From an uncultured Gemmatimonadales bacterium (GTDB lineage Bacteria > Gemmatimonadota > Gemmatimonadetes > Gemmatimonadales > GWC2-71-9), in assembly GCA_963798915.1 (NCBI GenBank), contig CAWCVB010000002.1, positions 32,001 through 96,000 of the forward strand: 64,000 nt of DNA, written 5' to 3'. Made by a program: the position numbers and the translations under genes. Positions 31,113 to 40,805 of the stretch are shown in pieces; within the stretch, counting starts at the first letter, position 1; every line of letters begins with the position of its first letter. Under the pieces are notes generated by a model. That model was given only the letters and a program-made list of their open reading frames with translations. It was not told the origin of the DNA and did no database searches.

Positions 31113-31620
31113 GCGCCGCCGGTCCAGGAGATGGGGCCTGCATCGAGCCTCGGGCGAGGATAATGCGGGCGTATGGATGCCGCCGCCCCTGATCTATGCG
31201 CTGCCGCTCGCGCTCGGCCTGTGGTTGCACCACGTCATTCCACTGGCCGACGTGCCGGCGGGCGTCGGATCAGTGGTCAGGCGTGCCGGGATCGTCCTGG
31301 TGGTGCTGGCGCTGGGGCTCACCCTCTGGGCCATTACCGCCTTCCGCAGCATGGGCACCTCGGTGGTCCCGGTGCAGCCCGCCACCGCGCTGGTGCTCCG
31401 AGGTCCCTATCGGGTGAGCAGGAACCCGATGTACCTCGCCATGGCGCTGCTCTATGCCGGCGTTTCCCTCTGGACCCTTGCCGCATGGTCGCTCTTGTTC
31501 CTGCCGCTCGTCCTCGTCATCATCCAGAGGTCGGTGATCAGGCGGGAGGAGGCATACCTGACCCGCCGATTCGGCGATGAGTACCGCCGCTACCTGGCAC
31601 AGGTCCGGCGCTGGATCTGA
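31102..31620 (+). CDS. isoprenylcysteine carboxyl methyltransferase family protein
   Basis: GPYRVSRNPMYL, EEAYLTRRFGDEYRRY...VRRWI. Confidence 0.92.
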   Translation: MAAERRRSRRWGLHRASGEDNAGVWMPPPLIYALPLALGLWLHHVIPLADVPAGVGSVVRRAGIVLVVLALGLTLWAITAFRSMGTSVVPVQPATALVLRGPYRVSRNPMYLAMALLYAGVSLWTLAAWSLLFLPLVLVIIQRSVIRREEAYLTRRFGDEYRRYLAQVRRWI

Positions 31621-31641
31621 TTCCCCGGGAGGTGCCGCACC

Positions 31642-32076
31642 ATGAACGACATCCGATTGCTGGTCACCATCGCCTGCGAGCCCCGCGACGTCTTCGGCCT
31701 GGTGGCCGGGTCGACCGGGTTCTCGAGTTGGTGGTCCGACGACGTGAACGTTCAATCGGATGGCTCGGTCGAGATCGGGATGGCTGACCGGGCGCAAAGT
31801 CTCCGGCTGCGGCCTGAAACGATGGTCATGCCGGCGCGCGCCGCCTGGGCGGTCGACTCCGGTGGAGAGTGGGCTGGCACCGCGCTGGTCTTCGACCTGA
31901 CGCCGGACGAGAACGGAACCCGGATGCTCTTCACCCAGGGCGGCTGGCGCAAGCCGACCGATGCGTTCCTGGAGGCCGCGGCCATGTGGGGCGCACTGCT
32001 CTACCGGCTGAAGCAGGCGGCGGAGCAGGGGTCCGAGCGGCCGTTGTTTACCCGAACGAGTCCGGCCCGTGGCTGA
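31642..32076 (+). CDS. SRPBCC/START-like domain protein
   Basis: GFSSWW, EWAGTALVFDL, WGALLYRLK. Confidence 0.8.
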   Translation: MNDIRLLVTIACEPRDVFGLVAGSTGFSSWWSDDVNVQSDGSVEIGMADRAQSLRLRPETMVMPARAAWAVDSGGEWAGTALVFDLTPDENGTRMLFTQGGWRKPTDAFLEAAAMWGALLYRLKQAAEQGSERPLFTRTSPARG

Positions 32077-32302
32077 CTTGCGCCTCCGGAATGCCGGGAT
32101 GTTCGAGGCCCTGGCAGCCGTGGCGCTGGTCCTGGGACTGGTCTACACCGGCACCGGCATCACTGGCTTGCTCAGGAATGCGCCGCTGGCGCCGGTCCTC
32201 ACCGGCTTCGGTGTGGCCGTGAGCGGGCTCGCGATCTGGCTTCGGCGCTGGGTTCACAGGTCGGGCAGGACCGGCGGGACGGGCGGGACGGGCAGGTTCT
32301 GA
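32069..32302 (+). CDS. small membrane protein
   Basis: Two hydrophobic helices; overlaps the upstream stop. Confidence 0.5.
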   Translation: MADLRLRNAGMFEALAAVALVLGLVYTGTGITGLLRNAPLAPVLTGFGVAVSGLAIWLRRWVHRSGRTGGTGGTGRF

Positions 32303-32310
32303 CGAACCGT

Positions 32311-32357
32311 CATCATGCCCGAGCTGCTCATGGACCCCGGTTTGCACCGGGGTGAAC
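32311..32357 (-). repeat. REP-like family A, partial copy
   Basis: CATGCCCGAG...CATGGACCCCGGT-TTGC-ACCGGGGTGA matches the 36422 and 61595 copies. Confidence 0.7.
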
Positions 32358-32770
32358 AGCCGGCGTGCTTCGTCCAACATCTCTGTCCTGCCCCTCCTGC
32401 CCGCCATGCCCATCCTGTCCCGTGTGTGGCCTCGCCGGGGGTGTGCGTCTCCTGAACCGGGGACACGCGCCCACGTCGGCACCGTCAGTCTCGATGAGTC
32501 CGCGGGCATTTGGAGCAGGACTTGTCGCAGGGTTGCCGGCGTGGGACCCCATTTCTGGACGCGGGACGCGCGGCTGAAAGCCGCTATTTGGCACGTGTCG
32601 CCCTGGGGGCGACATTGCTCACCATCGGCTCCCCAATCAAATTCCATATTCAAAGTTGGCGCCGTCCTGACGCGCAGTCGCCGCAGGCGCCAAATGCCGA
32701 GCAGCGGCGCTTAGCCGCGTCGTCTCGCATCCCAAATCCATCAGCCCGAGTCCCGCATCCCGAGTCCACC

Positions 32771-33193
32771 ATGGGTCGGAGCATCCTCGCAGTCTTCCTT
32801 GGCTGGGCCGCATCGCTGTTCGTAATTGTTGTCGTCGAAACGGCTGGCCACGCGCTCTACCCAATGCCCGCTGGCGCCGACATCTGGCGCCAGCCCGAGC
32901 TGGCCGTTGGGCTGGCCATTCCGGCCGGCGCGATGATGCTGGTCATCCTGGGCTGGGCGCTTGGGGCGCTGGCGGGCGGCTTCCTCGCCGGTCGCCTGGT
33001 CCAGGCCAGGCAAGAGGCGCACGCGCTCGCGGTGGCCCTGCTGATCCTTGGCTCGGCCGTCTGGACCATGCTCACCCTGCCGCATCCGGCCTGGGTCTGG
33101 GTGGCCAGCGTCGTTCTGGTGCCCGGTGCCGGCTGGTTGGGCGGCAGGCTCGCGATCCGGCGGGGCGAGGCGTATCATCGAGCAGCCGGCTGA
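32771..33193 (+). CDS. hypothetical four-TM membrane protein
   Basis: MGRSILAVFLG...HALYP...LPHPAW. Confidence 0.75.
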   Translation: MGRSILAVFLGWAASLFVIVVVETAGHALYPMPAGADIWRQPELAVGLAIPAGAMMLVILGWALGALAGGFLAGRLVQARQEAHALAVALLILGSAVWTMLTLPHPAWVWVASVVLVPGAGWLGGRLAIRRGEAYHRAAG

Positions 33194-33231
33194 GCCGCCA
33201 GAACCGGCCGGATCGCCCACAGGAGGTACCA

Positions 33232-33450
33232 ATGCCCATTCATGAAGCCGCCCTGCACCGCTCGCGCCGCCACCGGATGGTCGCGGGAGTGATCGGCGGT
33301 ATCGCAGAATATTTCGACAAGGACCCCACGCTGCTTCGCGTCCTCTACGTCCTGCTATCGGTGGTATCAGCCGCGTTCCCTGGGCTGTTCATCTATATCC
33401 TGCTCTGGATCATCATCCCGGAGCGTGATGAGGCCGGGTTCGATGCGTAG
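33232..33450 (+). CDS. PspC domain protein
   Basis: LHRSRRHRMVAGVIGGIAEYF..DPTLLR; AGGAGG RBS. Confidence 0.92.
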   Translation: MPIHEAALHRSRRHRMVAGVIGGIAEYFDKDPTLLRVLYVLLSVVSAAFPGLFIYILLWIIIPERDEAGFDA

Positions 33451-33838
33451 CATGCTGCTTGCCCTGCTGGTCGCCGGATGCAGCTCGGTCGGGTTGCATG
33501 AATCGGTGAGCGGCGGACTGCTCGAGGGCACGGTGCGTTCGTCCCAGGGTGAGCCGGTGGTGGGAGCCATGATCACGGCTGTCGCGCGGCAGTCGCCGTT
33601 CGGGCCATCAGTGGCCGAGGATTCGGCGTGGACGGACGCAGCGGGACAGTTCCGGATTCCGCTGGCGTCAAGCGAGGTGGTGGATGCGGATGCGCTCGTC
33701 ACCATCAAGGTGCGGCCGCCAGCGAATTCGCCGCTGGTCGGAGCCGACACCTCGGCCGTGGCCGTCCGATTCAGTCCGGCCTCTCCATCGACCGACACGA
33801 CGCGGGTGAGCTTCCGGCTGTCCTACCTGCCCGACTGA
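33443..33838 (+). CDS. lipoprotein with carboxypeptidase-regulatory-like domain
   Basis: LLVAG-C; GTVRSSQGEPVVGA; TDAAGQF. Confidence 0.7.
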   Translation: MRSMLLALLVAGCSSVGLHESVSGGLLEGTVRSSQGEPVVGAMITAVARQSPFGPSVAEDSAWTDAAGQFRIPLASSEVVDADALVTIKVRPPANSPLVGADTSAVAVRFSPASPSTDTTRVSFRLSYLPD

Positions 33839-33845
33839 GCCGGCC

Positions 33846-34451
33846 ATGCCCGACTTCACCCATCTCTTCTTTGACATCGGCGGAGTCCTCGGCACCAACG
33901 GGTGGGACGCGGACGCCCGTGCCGCCGCCCGCGATCATTTCGGCATCGAGTCCGAAGCGGAGGACCGGCACGAAGAAGTCCTGGGCGACTGGGAAATCGG
34001 CCTGCTCGATTTCGAGGAGTACCTCGACGTCACGGTCTTCTACCGCTCCAGACCGTTTTCGCGCCAGGAGTTCACCGCGTACATGCTGGCCCAGAGCACT
34101 CCCGACCAGGCCGCCATCAGCCTGGTGCGGCGGCTCCGCGAAGGGCGCCGCCACATCCTGATGACGATGAACAACGAGTCCGAACTGCTCAACGTGCACC
34201 GCATCCGGACGTTCGAGCTGCGCGGGTGCTTCGATGCCTTCCTGAGCAGCTGCTGGCTGGGCGTTCGCAAGCCGGCGCGGCGGTTCTTCCTGCGTGGGCT
34301 CGCGCTGGCGCAGGCGGACCCGGCCCGGTCCCTCTTCGTGGATGATCGTCGCCAGAACCTGAGCCCTGCCGCGGCGCTGGGCATGCAGACGGTGCACTTC
34401 AGGGGAGCAGGCGAGCTGGAGGGCAAGCTGGGGGAATTGGGATTGCTCTAG
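33846..34451 (+). CDS. HAD family phosphatase
   Basis: FFDIGGVL, GVRKP, FVDD. Confidence 0.92.
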   Translation: MPDFTHLFFDIGGVLGTNGWDADARAAARDHFGIESEAEDRHEEVLGDWEIGLLDFEEYLDVTVFYRSRPFSRQEFTAYMLAQSTPDQAAISLVRRLREGRRHILMTMNNESELLNVHRIRTFELRGCFDAFLSSCWLGVRKPARRFFLRGLALAQADPARSLFVDDRRQNLSPAAALGMQTVHFRGAGELEGKLGELGLL

Positions 34452-34593
34452 AGGGTCGACGGTCGACGGTCGACGGTCGCGATGCAGATAGTCCGACGCG
34501 TCATTGCGAGGGCACGCAGCGCCCGAATGACGCGTTGACTGTTGACCGTTGACTGTCGACTGTTCGACCGTTGACTGTCGACCGTTGACTGAC
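34452..34593. repeat. inverted heptamer arrays (GGTCGAC)n ... (GTTGACY/GTCGACY)n around a GTCATT...AATGAC palindrome
   Basis: Read directly. Confidence 0.85.
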
Positions 34594-34610
34594 GAAGGAA
34601 GGAGCTGTCC

Positions 34611-34994
34611 GTGCCACACCAGCATTTCCTCGGCCTCCGCACCGCCAAGTACTCCGCGCGTGATCTGCGCGCGGCGCGTGAGTGGTACTGCAGGGTGCTC
34701 GAGATCGATCCCTACTTCGACGAGCCGTTCTATGTCGGCTTCAACGTCGGAGGATTCGAGCTGGGCATCACCCCGGATGAACATGCCGCGCACGATCGCC
34801 CTGAGGCGGGCATCGCCTACTGGGGTGTTGCCGATGCAGGCGCGGCGTATGCCAGACTGATCGAGCTCGGCGCCACCGACCACGAACCGGTGCAGGATGT
34901 CGGAGGCGACATCCGGATCGGTGCCGTGCGCGATCCGTTCGGCAACCTGCTCGGCGTGATTGAGAACCCCTCCTTCCATATCGAGGCGACGTGA
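34611..34994 (+). CDS. VOC/glyoxalase family protein
   Basis: PYFDEPFYVGFNVGGFELG, YWGV, DPFGNLLGVIENP. Confidence 0.9.
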   Translation: MPHQHFLGLRTAKYSARDLRAAREWYCRVLEIDPYFDEPFYVGFNVGGFELGITPDEHAAHDRPEAGIAYWGVADAGAAYARLIELGATDHEPVQDVGGDIRIGAVRDPFGNLLGVIENPSFHIEAT

Positions 34995-35269
34995 CCGAAC
35001 GCGAGTACGTGGATGCGGGCGGCATACCCTGGACCCTGGTGGAACGGAAGCGAGTGAGGCACGAGGAAGCGGATCGCTACGTCGTGATCGTCGCCACCTC
35101 ACCGTTCGAGAGCCGGGTGATCCGCTGCGAACGGGACCGCTGGCACACCGCCGAACCGGACCTTGCGCAGCTGCTCGCGGACTCGCTGCCTGCCGGCGGG
35201 TCCCGCGGATCGCATGCCGAGCCTGATGAACCGCCTGACACTTCCCCTGAAGATTCCTTCCTGCCATGA
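34991..35269 (+). CDS. hypothetical protein
   Basis: Both start (GTGA) and stop (ATGA) overlap neighbours. Confidence 0.65.
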   Translation: MTEREYVDAGGIPWTLVERKRVRHEEADRYVVIVATSPFESRVIRCERDRWHTAEPDLAQLLADSLPAGGSRGSHAEPDEPPDTSPEDSFLP

Positions 35270-36378
35270 AAGCAATGTTCCGTACACTCGCGCTGGCTGG
35301 GTTGCTCGCAGGCGCTGGCACTCCGCTGGCTGCGCAGCGGCCGTTGTCGCTGGCGATTGCGGGCCGAGCGACTCGCGATTCCGCGCTCATTCACCAGGTG
35401 CGCGCCGAGCTGCAGGACTCCATGACGAAGGCGGGCGTGCCCGGCGTCGCGATCACGGTCATGCGCGACGATCAGGTGATCTGGAGCGAGGGGCTGGGCT
35501 GGGCCGATCTCGAGCAGCGAGTGCCGGTCACGCCGCTCACCCGATTCCGGGTCGGCAGCGTCTCCAAGCCACTGACCAGCGTGGCGGTCGGCCTGCTGGT
35601 GGATGCCGGCAAGCTGGACCTGGATGCACCGGTACAGCGCTACGTGCCGAGTTTCCCGCAAAAGCGGTGGCCCATCACGACCCGGCTGGTCAGCGGGCAC
35701 CTGGCGGGCATCCGGCACTACCGGGGCAATGAGTTCCTGATGAAGGATCACTTCGCCACGGTCACCGAGGGGCTGAAGATCTTCGAGGACGATTCGCTGC
35801 TGTTCGAACCGGGGACGAAGTTTTCCTATTCCAGCTATGGCTGGAACCTGGTGAGCGCGGTGGTGGAAGGGGCGAGCGGCGTCCCCTTCCTTCGCTTCAT
35901 GCAGGACAGCGTCTTCATCCCGCTCGGCATGATTCACACCGTGCCGGACCATGTGGACAGCATCGTCCCGTTTCGCGCGCGCTGGTACACCGGTTCAGCC
36001 GACAGCGGCGTCAGCAACGCGCCGTACGTGGACAACAGCTACAAGTGGGCCGGCGGCGGCTTCCTCTCGACCACCGAAGACCTGGCACGCTTCGGCGAAA
36101 GGCTGCTCGCCGGCGCGCGGCTCAGCGACTCGACCCGGCAGATGCTGTGGACGCCGCAGCGGATGAAGAATGGCAGCCGGTCGGAATATGGAATCGGTTG
36201 GTTCAGCTCACGGGACAAGCAGGGACGCGTGCGGGTCAGCCACTCGGGCGGTTCGGTTGGTGGCACCGCGTTTCTGGTGATCTATCCGGAACAACACCTG
36301 GTCGTGGCACTGCTCTGCAACAGCGATGTGCCGTTCGTCGGCATGACGCCGGGCATTGCGGAGCGGTTTGCAAGATGA
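35266..36378 (+). CDS. serine hydrolase, beta-lactamase/AmpC family, secreted
   Basis: SVSK (SxxK), YSSYG, HSGG; signal peptide. Confidence 0.92.
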   Translation: MKAMFRTLALAGLLAGAGTPLAAQRPLSLAIAGRATRDSALIHQVRAELQDSMTKAGVPGVAITVMRDDQVIWSEGLGWADLEQRVPVTPLTRFRVGSVSKPLTSVAVGLLVDAGKLDLDAPVQRYVPSFPQKRWPITTRLVSGHLAGIRHYRGNEFLMKDHFATVTEGLKIFEDDSLLFEPGTKFSYSSYGWNLVSAVVEGASGVPFLRFMQDSVFIPLGMIHTVPDHVDSIVPFRARWYTGSADSGVSNAPYVDNSYKWAGGGFLSTTEDLARFGERLLAGARLSDSTRQMLWTPQRMKNGSRSEYGIGWFSSRDKQGRVRVSHSGGSVGGTAFLVIYPEQHLVVALLCNSDVPFVGMTPGIAERFAR

Positions 36379-36421
36379 GGACGGGACCGGCGAGACCGGC
36401 GAGACCGGCAGGTTTCGATGG

Positions 36422-36530
36422 GTCGTCCTTCCAGCGCAAGCTGGAATCCATGAGGGTTCACCCGGAGTGAATGGCCATGCCCGAGTCCCTCGTGGACCCC
36501 GGTGTTCACCGGGGTGACGAACGGGCGAGA
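36422..36530 (-). repeat. REP-like family A, full copy
   Basis: Two hairpins joined by a conserved ~45-nt core; aligns with 61595-61694. Confidence 0.85.
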
Positions 36531-36540
36531 CTTTCGCCTT

Positions 36541-36597
36541 TCAACCCTCGACTCTCGACTCTCGACTCTTGGCCCTCGACCCTCGACCCTCGACCCA
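36541..36597 (+). repeat. heptamer array (CTCGACY)n ending just before the fucosidase ATG
   Basis: About 8 units read directly. Confidence 0.85.
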
Positions 36598-36600
36598 TCT

Positions 36601-37931
36601 ATGCATCGTCGCCCCTTTCTCATCGCATCCGCCGCCGCCGGCGCGAGTCTTGTCCTTCCGCGGTTGCCGAGGTTTCGCCCACGGCCAACACCGGCACAGC
36701 TCGCGGTACCAGCGCGCCGAGCGGGCGCTGTTCCTGCATTTCGGCATCAACACCTTCACGGATCGCGAATGGGGCGACGGGACTGAGAGCCCGTTGCTGT
36801 TCAATCCCACAGCGCTTGACGCCCGACAGCTGGACGCGCGTCGCAAAACGCGCCGGTTTCCGCTCGCTCATTCTCACCGCCAAACACCATGACGGGTTCT
36901 GCCTCTGGCCCAGTGCCGTCACGGCGCACACGGTAGCGTCCAGCCCCTGGCGTGGTGGCCAGGGTGATGTCGTGCGTGAGTTCACCGACGCGTGCCGCGG
37001 GGAAGGGCTGGGGGCGGGGCTCTATCTCTCGCCCTGGGACCGGCACGAGCCGTCGTACGGCGACTCGCCCCGCTACAACGATTTCTACATCGCACAGCTC
37101 ACCGAGTTGCTGACGCATTATGGGCCGATCACCGAGGTCTGGTTCGATGGCGCCAACGGAGAGGGGCCCAACGGCAAGCATCAGGTCTATGACTGGGAAC
37201 GCATCCATCGGACCGTGCGGCGGCTCCAGCCCAAGGCGGTGATCTTTTCGGATGCCGGTCCCGACGTGCGCTGGATCGGCAACGAGCGTGGGGTGGCAGG
37301 AGACCCCAACTGGTGCACGGTCAATCCGGACACGGTTCCGTATCCCGGCGTTTCCGGCCCGGACGTGGAAGCGATGCTCCAGCACGGCGATCCCGCCGGC
37401 AGCGTCTGGCGGCCGGGTGAGGCCGATGTTTCCATCCGGCCGGGCTGGTTCTGGCACGAGGCGGAGAATGGGAAGGTGAAGTCCGCCGATGAACTGGTGG
37501 AGCTCTACTTCCAGTCGGTGGGGCGGAACGCCAACCTCCTGCTCAATGTGCCGCCCACGCGTGAGGGGCTGCTGCACGAGACCGATGTCGCCGCACTGAC
37601 GCTCCTGAGCGAACGCCTGGACGCGCTGTTCGCGACCAATCTTGCGGCGAAGGCACGCATCGCACGCTCATCAAATGCACTGACGCTCACGCTGCCCGAG
37701 CCGGTGCGGTTCGATGTCGTGGACCTCCGCGAGGCGATCGAGCATGGCCAGCGAGTGGCTGGCTATCGGGTCGAGGCATGGAGTGATGGGCGATGGGTGA
37801 CGATCTCGCGTGGGACGACGATTGGGCGTCGCAAGCTTGACCGGTTTGAGCCCACGGTCGCGAATAGAGTGCGGCTCACGATTACAGATGAAGAGGGGGA
37901 GCCGGAGATGGAGCGGGTGGGGTTGTATTAG
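36601..37931 (+). CDS. alpha-L-fucosidase (GH29), Tat-type signal; indels near 36706 and 36830
   Basis: MHRRPFL; FLHFGINTF; LTAKHHDGFCLWPS; EVWFDGANGEG; SIRPGWF; C-terminal beta-sandwich. Confidence 0.92.
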
Positions 37932-37950
37932 GGTCGACGGTCGACGAAGG

Positions 37951-37987
37951 CTCGCCCGTTCGTCAGCCCTGCGAAAGCAGGGGTCCA
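37951..37987 (+). repeat. REP-like family A, left arm
   Basis: CGTCAGCCCTGC-GAAA-GCAGGGGTCCA. Confidence 0.75.
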
Positions 37988-38058
37988 GCGCGTGATGCGG
38001 GCTCCGTACGATCCAGCTTTTCGGACATCGGGACCATTTCCATGATCCCGTAACTACT

Positions 38059-38220
38059 CAACGCAGAGTCGCAGAGGACGCGGAGGAATTCAGAGGGATC
38101 ATTTCACCGCCATGCTTCCCGATCCACAACCACCACCATCAGAAGTTGCTTGTGGTTCTGCGGGTTGGCTCCGTGTCTCTGTGCCCGCTGAGATCTCTGC
38201 GCCTCCGCGTCTCTGCGTTG
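38059..38220. repeat. family B inverted-repeat element (ACGCAGAG..CAGAG / CTCTG..CTCTGCGT)
   Basis: About 27-bp imperfect terminal inverted repeats; related copies at 56523 and 60164. Confidence 0.8.
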
Positions 38221-38241
38221 GCAGTCAGGGAACACCGCGCC

Positions 38242-38802
38242 TCATCCCGACACCCGATCGAACAGCTCGCGCAGTCCGATCACCAGTGGCTCACGCGCAG
38301 GATCAGGTTGCCAAGTGAGTTCATCCACTGCGATAGTCGGCATCTCCACCCCCGGGGTCCAGACCTCGACGATGCGGGCATCCAGGTCAACAACCCAATA
38401 GGCGGGCACGCCAGCACGCTGGTACCACCGGCGTTTGATCACCCGGTCATGCCGGGCCGTCGCGGGAGATATTACCTCGATCACCAGGATGGGAATGCCG
38501 AAATCGGCCCACTCGACAGGCTCCCGGCCATTGATCATGGCACCAACAAAGAGATCGGGTTGCAGAAGCTGGCCGGCGCCGAAATCAAGGTCCGCCGGCG
38601 AAATGGCCAAGGCGCCAACCCCATGGGCCCGGACCCAGGGGTCGAGCACCAGCGCCAGCGCGAGAACGGCGCGCTGGTGTGCGCCACGGGGACTCGGGCT
38701 CACCAGCAGCTCGCCATCCACCAGTTCGTAACGCTGGCCGTCGTCCGGCAGTGCGAGCACCGCGTCCCGTGTCCAACGTCTCGCAGTATTCGGCATGGCC
38801 AT
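38242..38802 (-). CDS. Uma2 family (PD-(D/E)XK) endonuclease
   Basis: PDDGQRYELVDGEL, QPDLFV, LVIEVISP, KRRWYQRAGVPAYWVVD. Confidence 0.93.
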   Translation of the reverse strand: MAMPNTARRWTRDAVLALPDDGQRYELVDGELLVSPSPRGAHQRAVLALALVLDPWVRAHGVGALAISPADLDFGAGQLLQPDLFVGAMINGREPVEWADFGIPILVIEVISPATARHDRVIKRRWYQRAGVPAYWVVDLDARIVEVWTPGVEMPTIAVDELTWQPDPAREPLVIGLRELFDRVSG

Positions 38803-38941
38803 ACGGTACGCTCGGCAGCGAGGGAATGGCAAGGGGACATCGCCCATGATGCGGCTCCGGCCGATCCGTGCGTGACCAGATCGCGGCGACGCGGCGCGAA
38901 ATGACGCGACTAGTGCGCGGCGACACTACCGTAGCATATCG

Positions 38942-39101
38942 CTATCCCCCCGCGCGAAGGCGCGGGGCTCATCTGGCAGAGCCAGGCGGGCGTCGTACCG
39001 CTCAATCCGCTCGACGCGGGGATCGGGGTTCATGAGGAATCGGTGCATGGCGACTCGTGCCGGGTGACCCCTCATGGATTCCTGCTTTCGCAGGAATGAC
39101 G
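38942..39101 (+). repeat. REP-like family A copy (left-arm hairpin, core, right arm)
   Basis: CCCCGCGC-GAAG-GCGCGGGG ... CATGGATTCCTGC-TTTC-GCAGGAATGACG. Confidence 0.8.
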
Positions 39102-39158
39102 CACCACCAAGCCCAGAGCGCCCGACATCTCGACCCGCGACCCGCGACCTCCAGCCGT

Positions 39159-39863
39159 CTACCCCGCGTACATCAACCGGCACCCTGCCTCCTGGGCCCG
39201 GGTCACCGCGAAGATGCCGGAGGGCATCAGGGTCACACCTGGCACCAGGTTGGCGCGAAGGTCGGTGTACACGTCCTTCGCTTCCAGCTTTGCCTTCCGG
39301 GCCAGCATCCCTGACATGAAGCGCAGCGCCATGTTGCAGGCCAGTACCGTCTGCCCCCGACGCATGAGGGTGTCCAACCCGCCGTCCGGCCAGATGAGCC
39401 CGTACTGGTCGTCCGCCTGGCTGTTGGCGTTGAGGAACGGGTTCCGCTCCGCCGGCTTGCCGCTGGCCGGATCCTTCTGCTCATAGGCCTTGCCCAGCCG
39501 GTACTTGGCCCACATGGCATCGTTGACCACCATGGGAATGGCCTTGTGCCGGAACACCAGGACGCCGTGCATGTCCGCATCAGTCGTGGCGTAGACTTCC
39601 TGAAATCCGGCAAGCCAGACCCGCGCCTGGTGCAGGGCATCACCCTCGCTGATTTCGGGCGCGTCGAACACCTGGCGGTGGTCGCCGGTGATCCGGTCTA
39701 CCCAGCTCATGTCCCAGTCGCCGGGCGGCAGTGGGCGGGCCGAGGGCGTCATGGCCCGCAGCTCGGCCGGCACCACGCTGCTGGCGGCGAGAATGGCGGC
39801 GGTGCCTGCTACTTTTCCCAGGAACGCGCGCCGGGGTGACGGCGCGTCGGATGAACTGGTCAT
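39159..39863 (-). CDS. Tat-exported DsrE-like protein
   Basis: PRRAFLG Tat motif; VLACNMAL; LVPGVTLMPSGIFAVTRAQEAG. Confidence 0.65.
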   Translation of the reverse strand: MTSSSDAPSPRRAFLGKVAGTAAILAASSVVPAELRAMTPSARPLPPGDWDMSWVDRITGDHRQVFDAPEISEGDALHQARVWLAGFQEVYATTDADMHGVLVFRHKAIPMVVNDAMWAKYRLGKAYEQKDPASGKPAERNPFLNANSQADDQYGLIWPDGGLDTLMRRGQTVLACNMALRFMSGMLARKAKLEAKDVYTDLRANLVPGVTLMPSGIFAVTRAQEAGCRLMYAG

Positions 39864-39954
39864 GCATGACTCCGGATGGGCAGGGAGGCTGAAGTATGCC
39901 ACCATGAGCCCTGCCGTGTGAATCCCAGCCGGCCCTCAACCAAGGAAGCCCACG

Positions 39955-40716
39955 ATGAACCGTCTGTTGGCGCTGGCCGTCATCGCCATCATTGTTCCCG
40001 TCATGCCCGTCTCCGCCCAGCAGGTTCCCGACATTGGCTGGCCGCCGGCCGATACCTCCCGTCCGCGACCACCCGTCATCACGCCCGGACCGGCGGGCGC
40101 GCCGGTTCCGGCGCCGTCGGACGCCGTCGTGCTCTTTGAAGGAAAGGACCTCTCGCGGTGGCGCTCCGACAGCGGCAAGGCCGCCGGATGGACCGTGCGA
40201 GATGGGTACATGGAGGTGAAGCCGGGGGCTGGGACGATCCGGACGGCGCAGGGATTTGGCAGCATGCAGCTTCACATCGAGTGGGCCGCGCCCACGCCGC
40301 CAACCGGCGAAGGCCAGGAGCGCGGCAACAGCGGGGTCTACCTGATGGGACTGTACGAAGTGCAGGTCCTCGATTCGTACGACAACCCCACGTATGCCGA
40401 TGGCCAGGCCGCGTCGCTCTATGGCCAGTACCCGCCGCTGGTGAACGCCAGCCGGCAACCGGGCGAGTGGCAGACCTACGACATCATCTTTCACGCACCG
40501 AGCTTCACAAGCGACGGCTCACTCGAACGCCCCGCCGTCGTCACGGTCATCCATAACGGCGTGCTGGTGCAGGACCATGTCGTGCTCACCGGTCCCACCG
40601 CGCATCATGCCCGTCCGCCCTACAAGGCACACGCCGACAAGCTGCCATTGATGCTGCAGGATCATGGGAACAAGGTGCGGTACCGGAACGTGTGGGTGAG
40701 GGAGCTGGGGAGCTGA
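39955..40716 (+). CDS. DUF1080 (3-keto-glycoside hydrolase-like) protein, secreted
   Basis: GNSGVYL, YEVQVLDS, GEWQTYDI, LQDHGNKVRYRNVW. Confidence 0.92.
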   Translation: MNRLLALAVIAIIVPVMPVSAQQVPDIGWPPADTSRPRPPVITPGPAGAPVPAPSDAVVLFEGKDLSRWRSDSGKAAGWTVRDGYMEVKPGAGTIRTAQGFGSMQLHIEWAAPTPPTGEGQERGNSGVYLMGLYEVQVLDSYDNPTYADGQAASLYGQYPPLVNASRQPGEWQTYDIIFHAPSFTSDGSLERPAVVTVIHNGVLVQDHVVLTGPTAHHARPPYKAHADKLPLMLQDHGNKVRYRNVWVRELGS

Positions 40717-40805
40717 GGGACAAGCGAAACCGAAGCTAGCCACTGGTGTCATTGTGCGAAGCCATCGAACTGGGCGACGAAGCAAACGGCTCGCAATGAC
40801 GCGAA

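Noticed and set aside
35266..36378. Beta-lactamase resistance gene
   Set aside because: SxxK hydrolases of this family are mostly esterases or peptidases, so resistance cannot be inferred.
34452..36597. Possible CRISPR array
   Set aside because: Units are 7-9 nt tandem repeats without unique spacers, and there are no cas genes.
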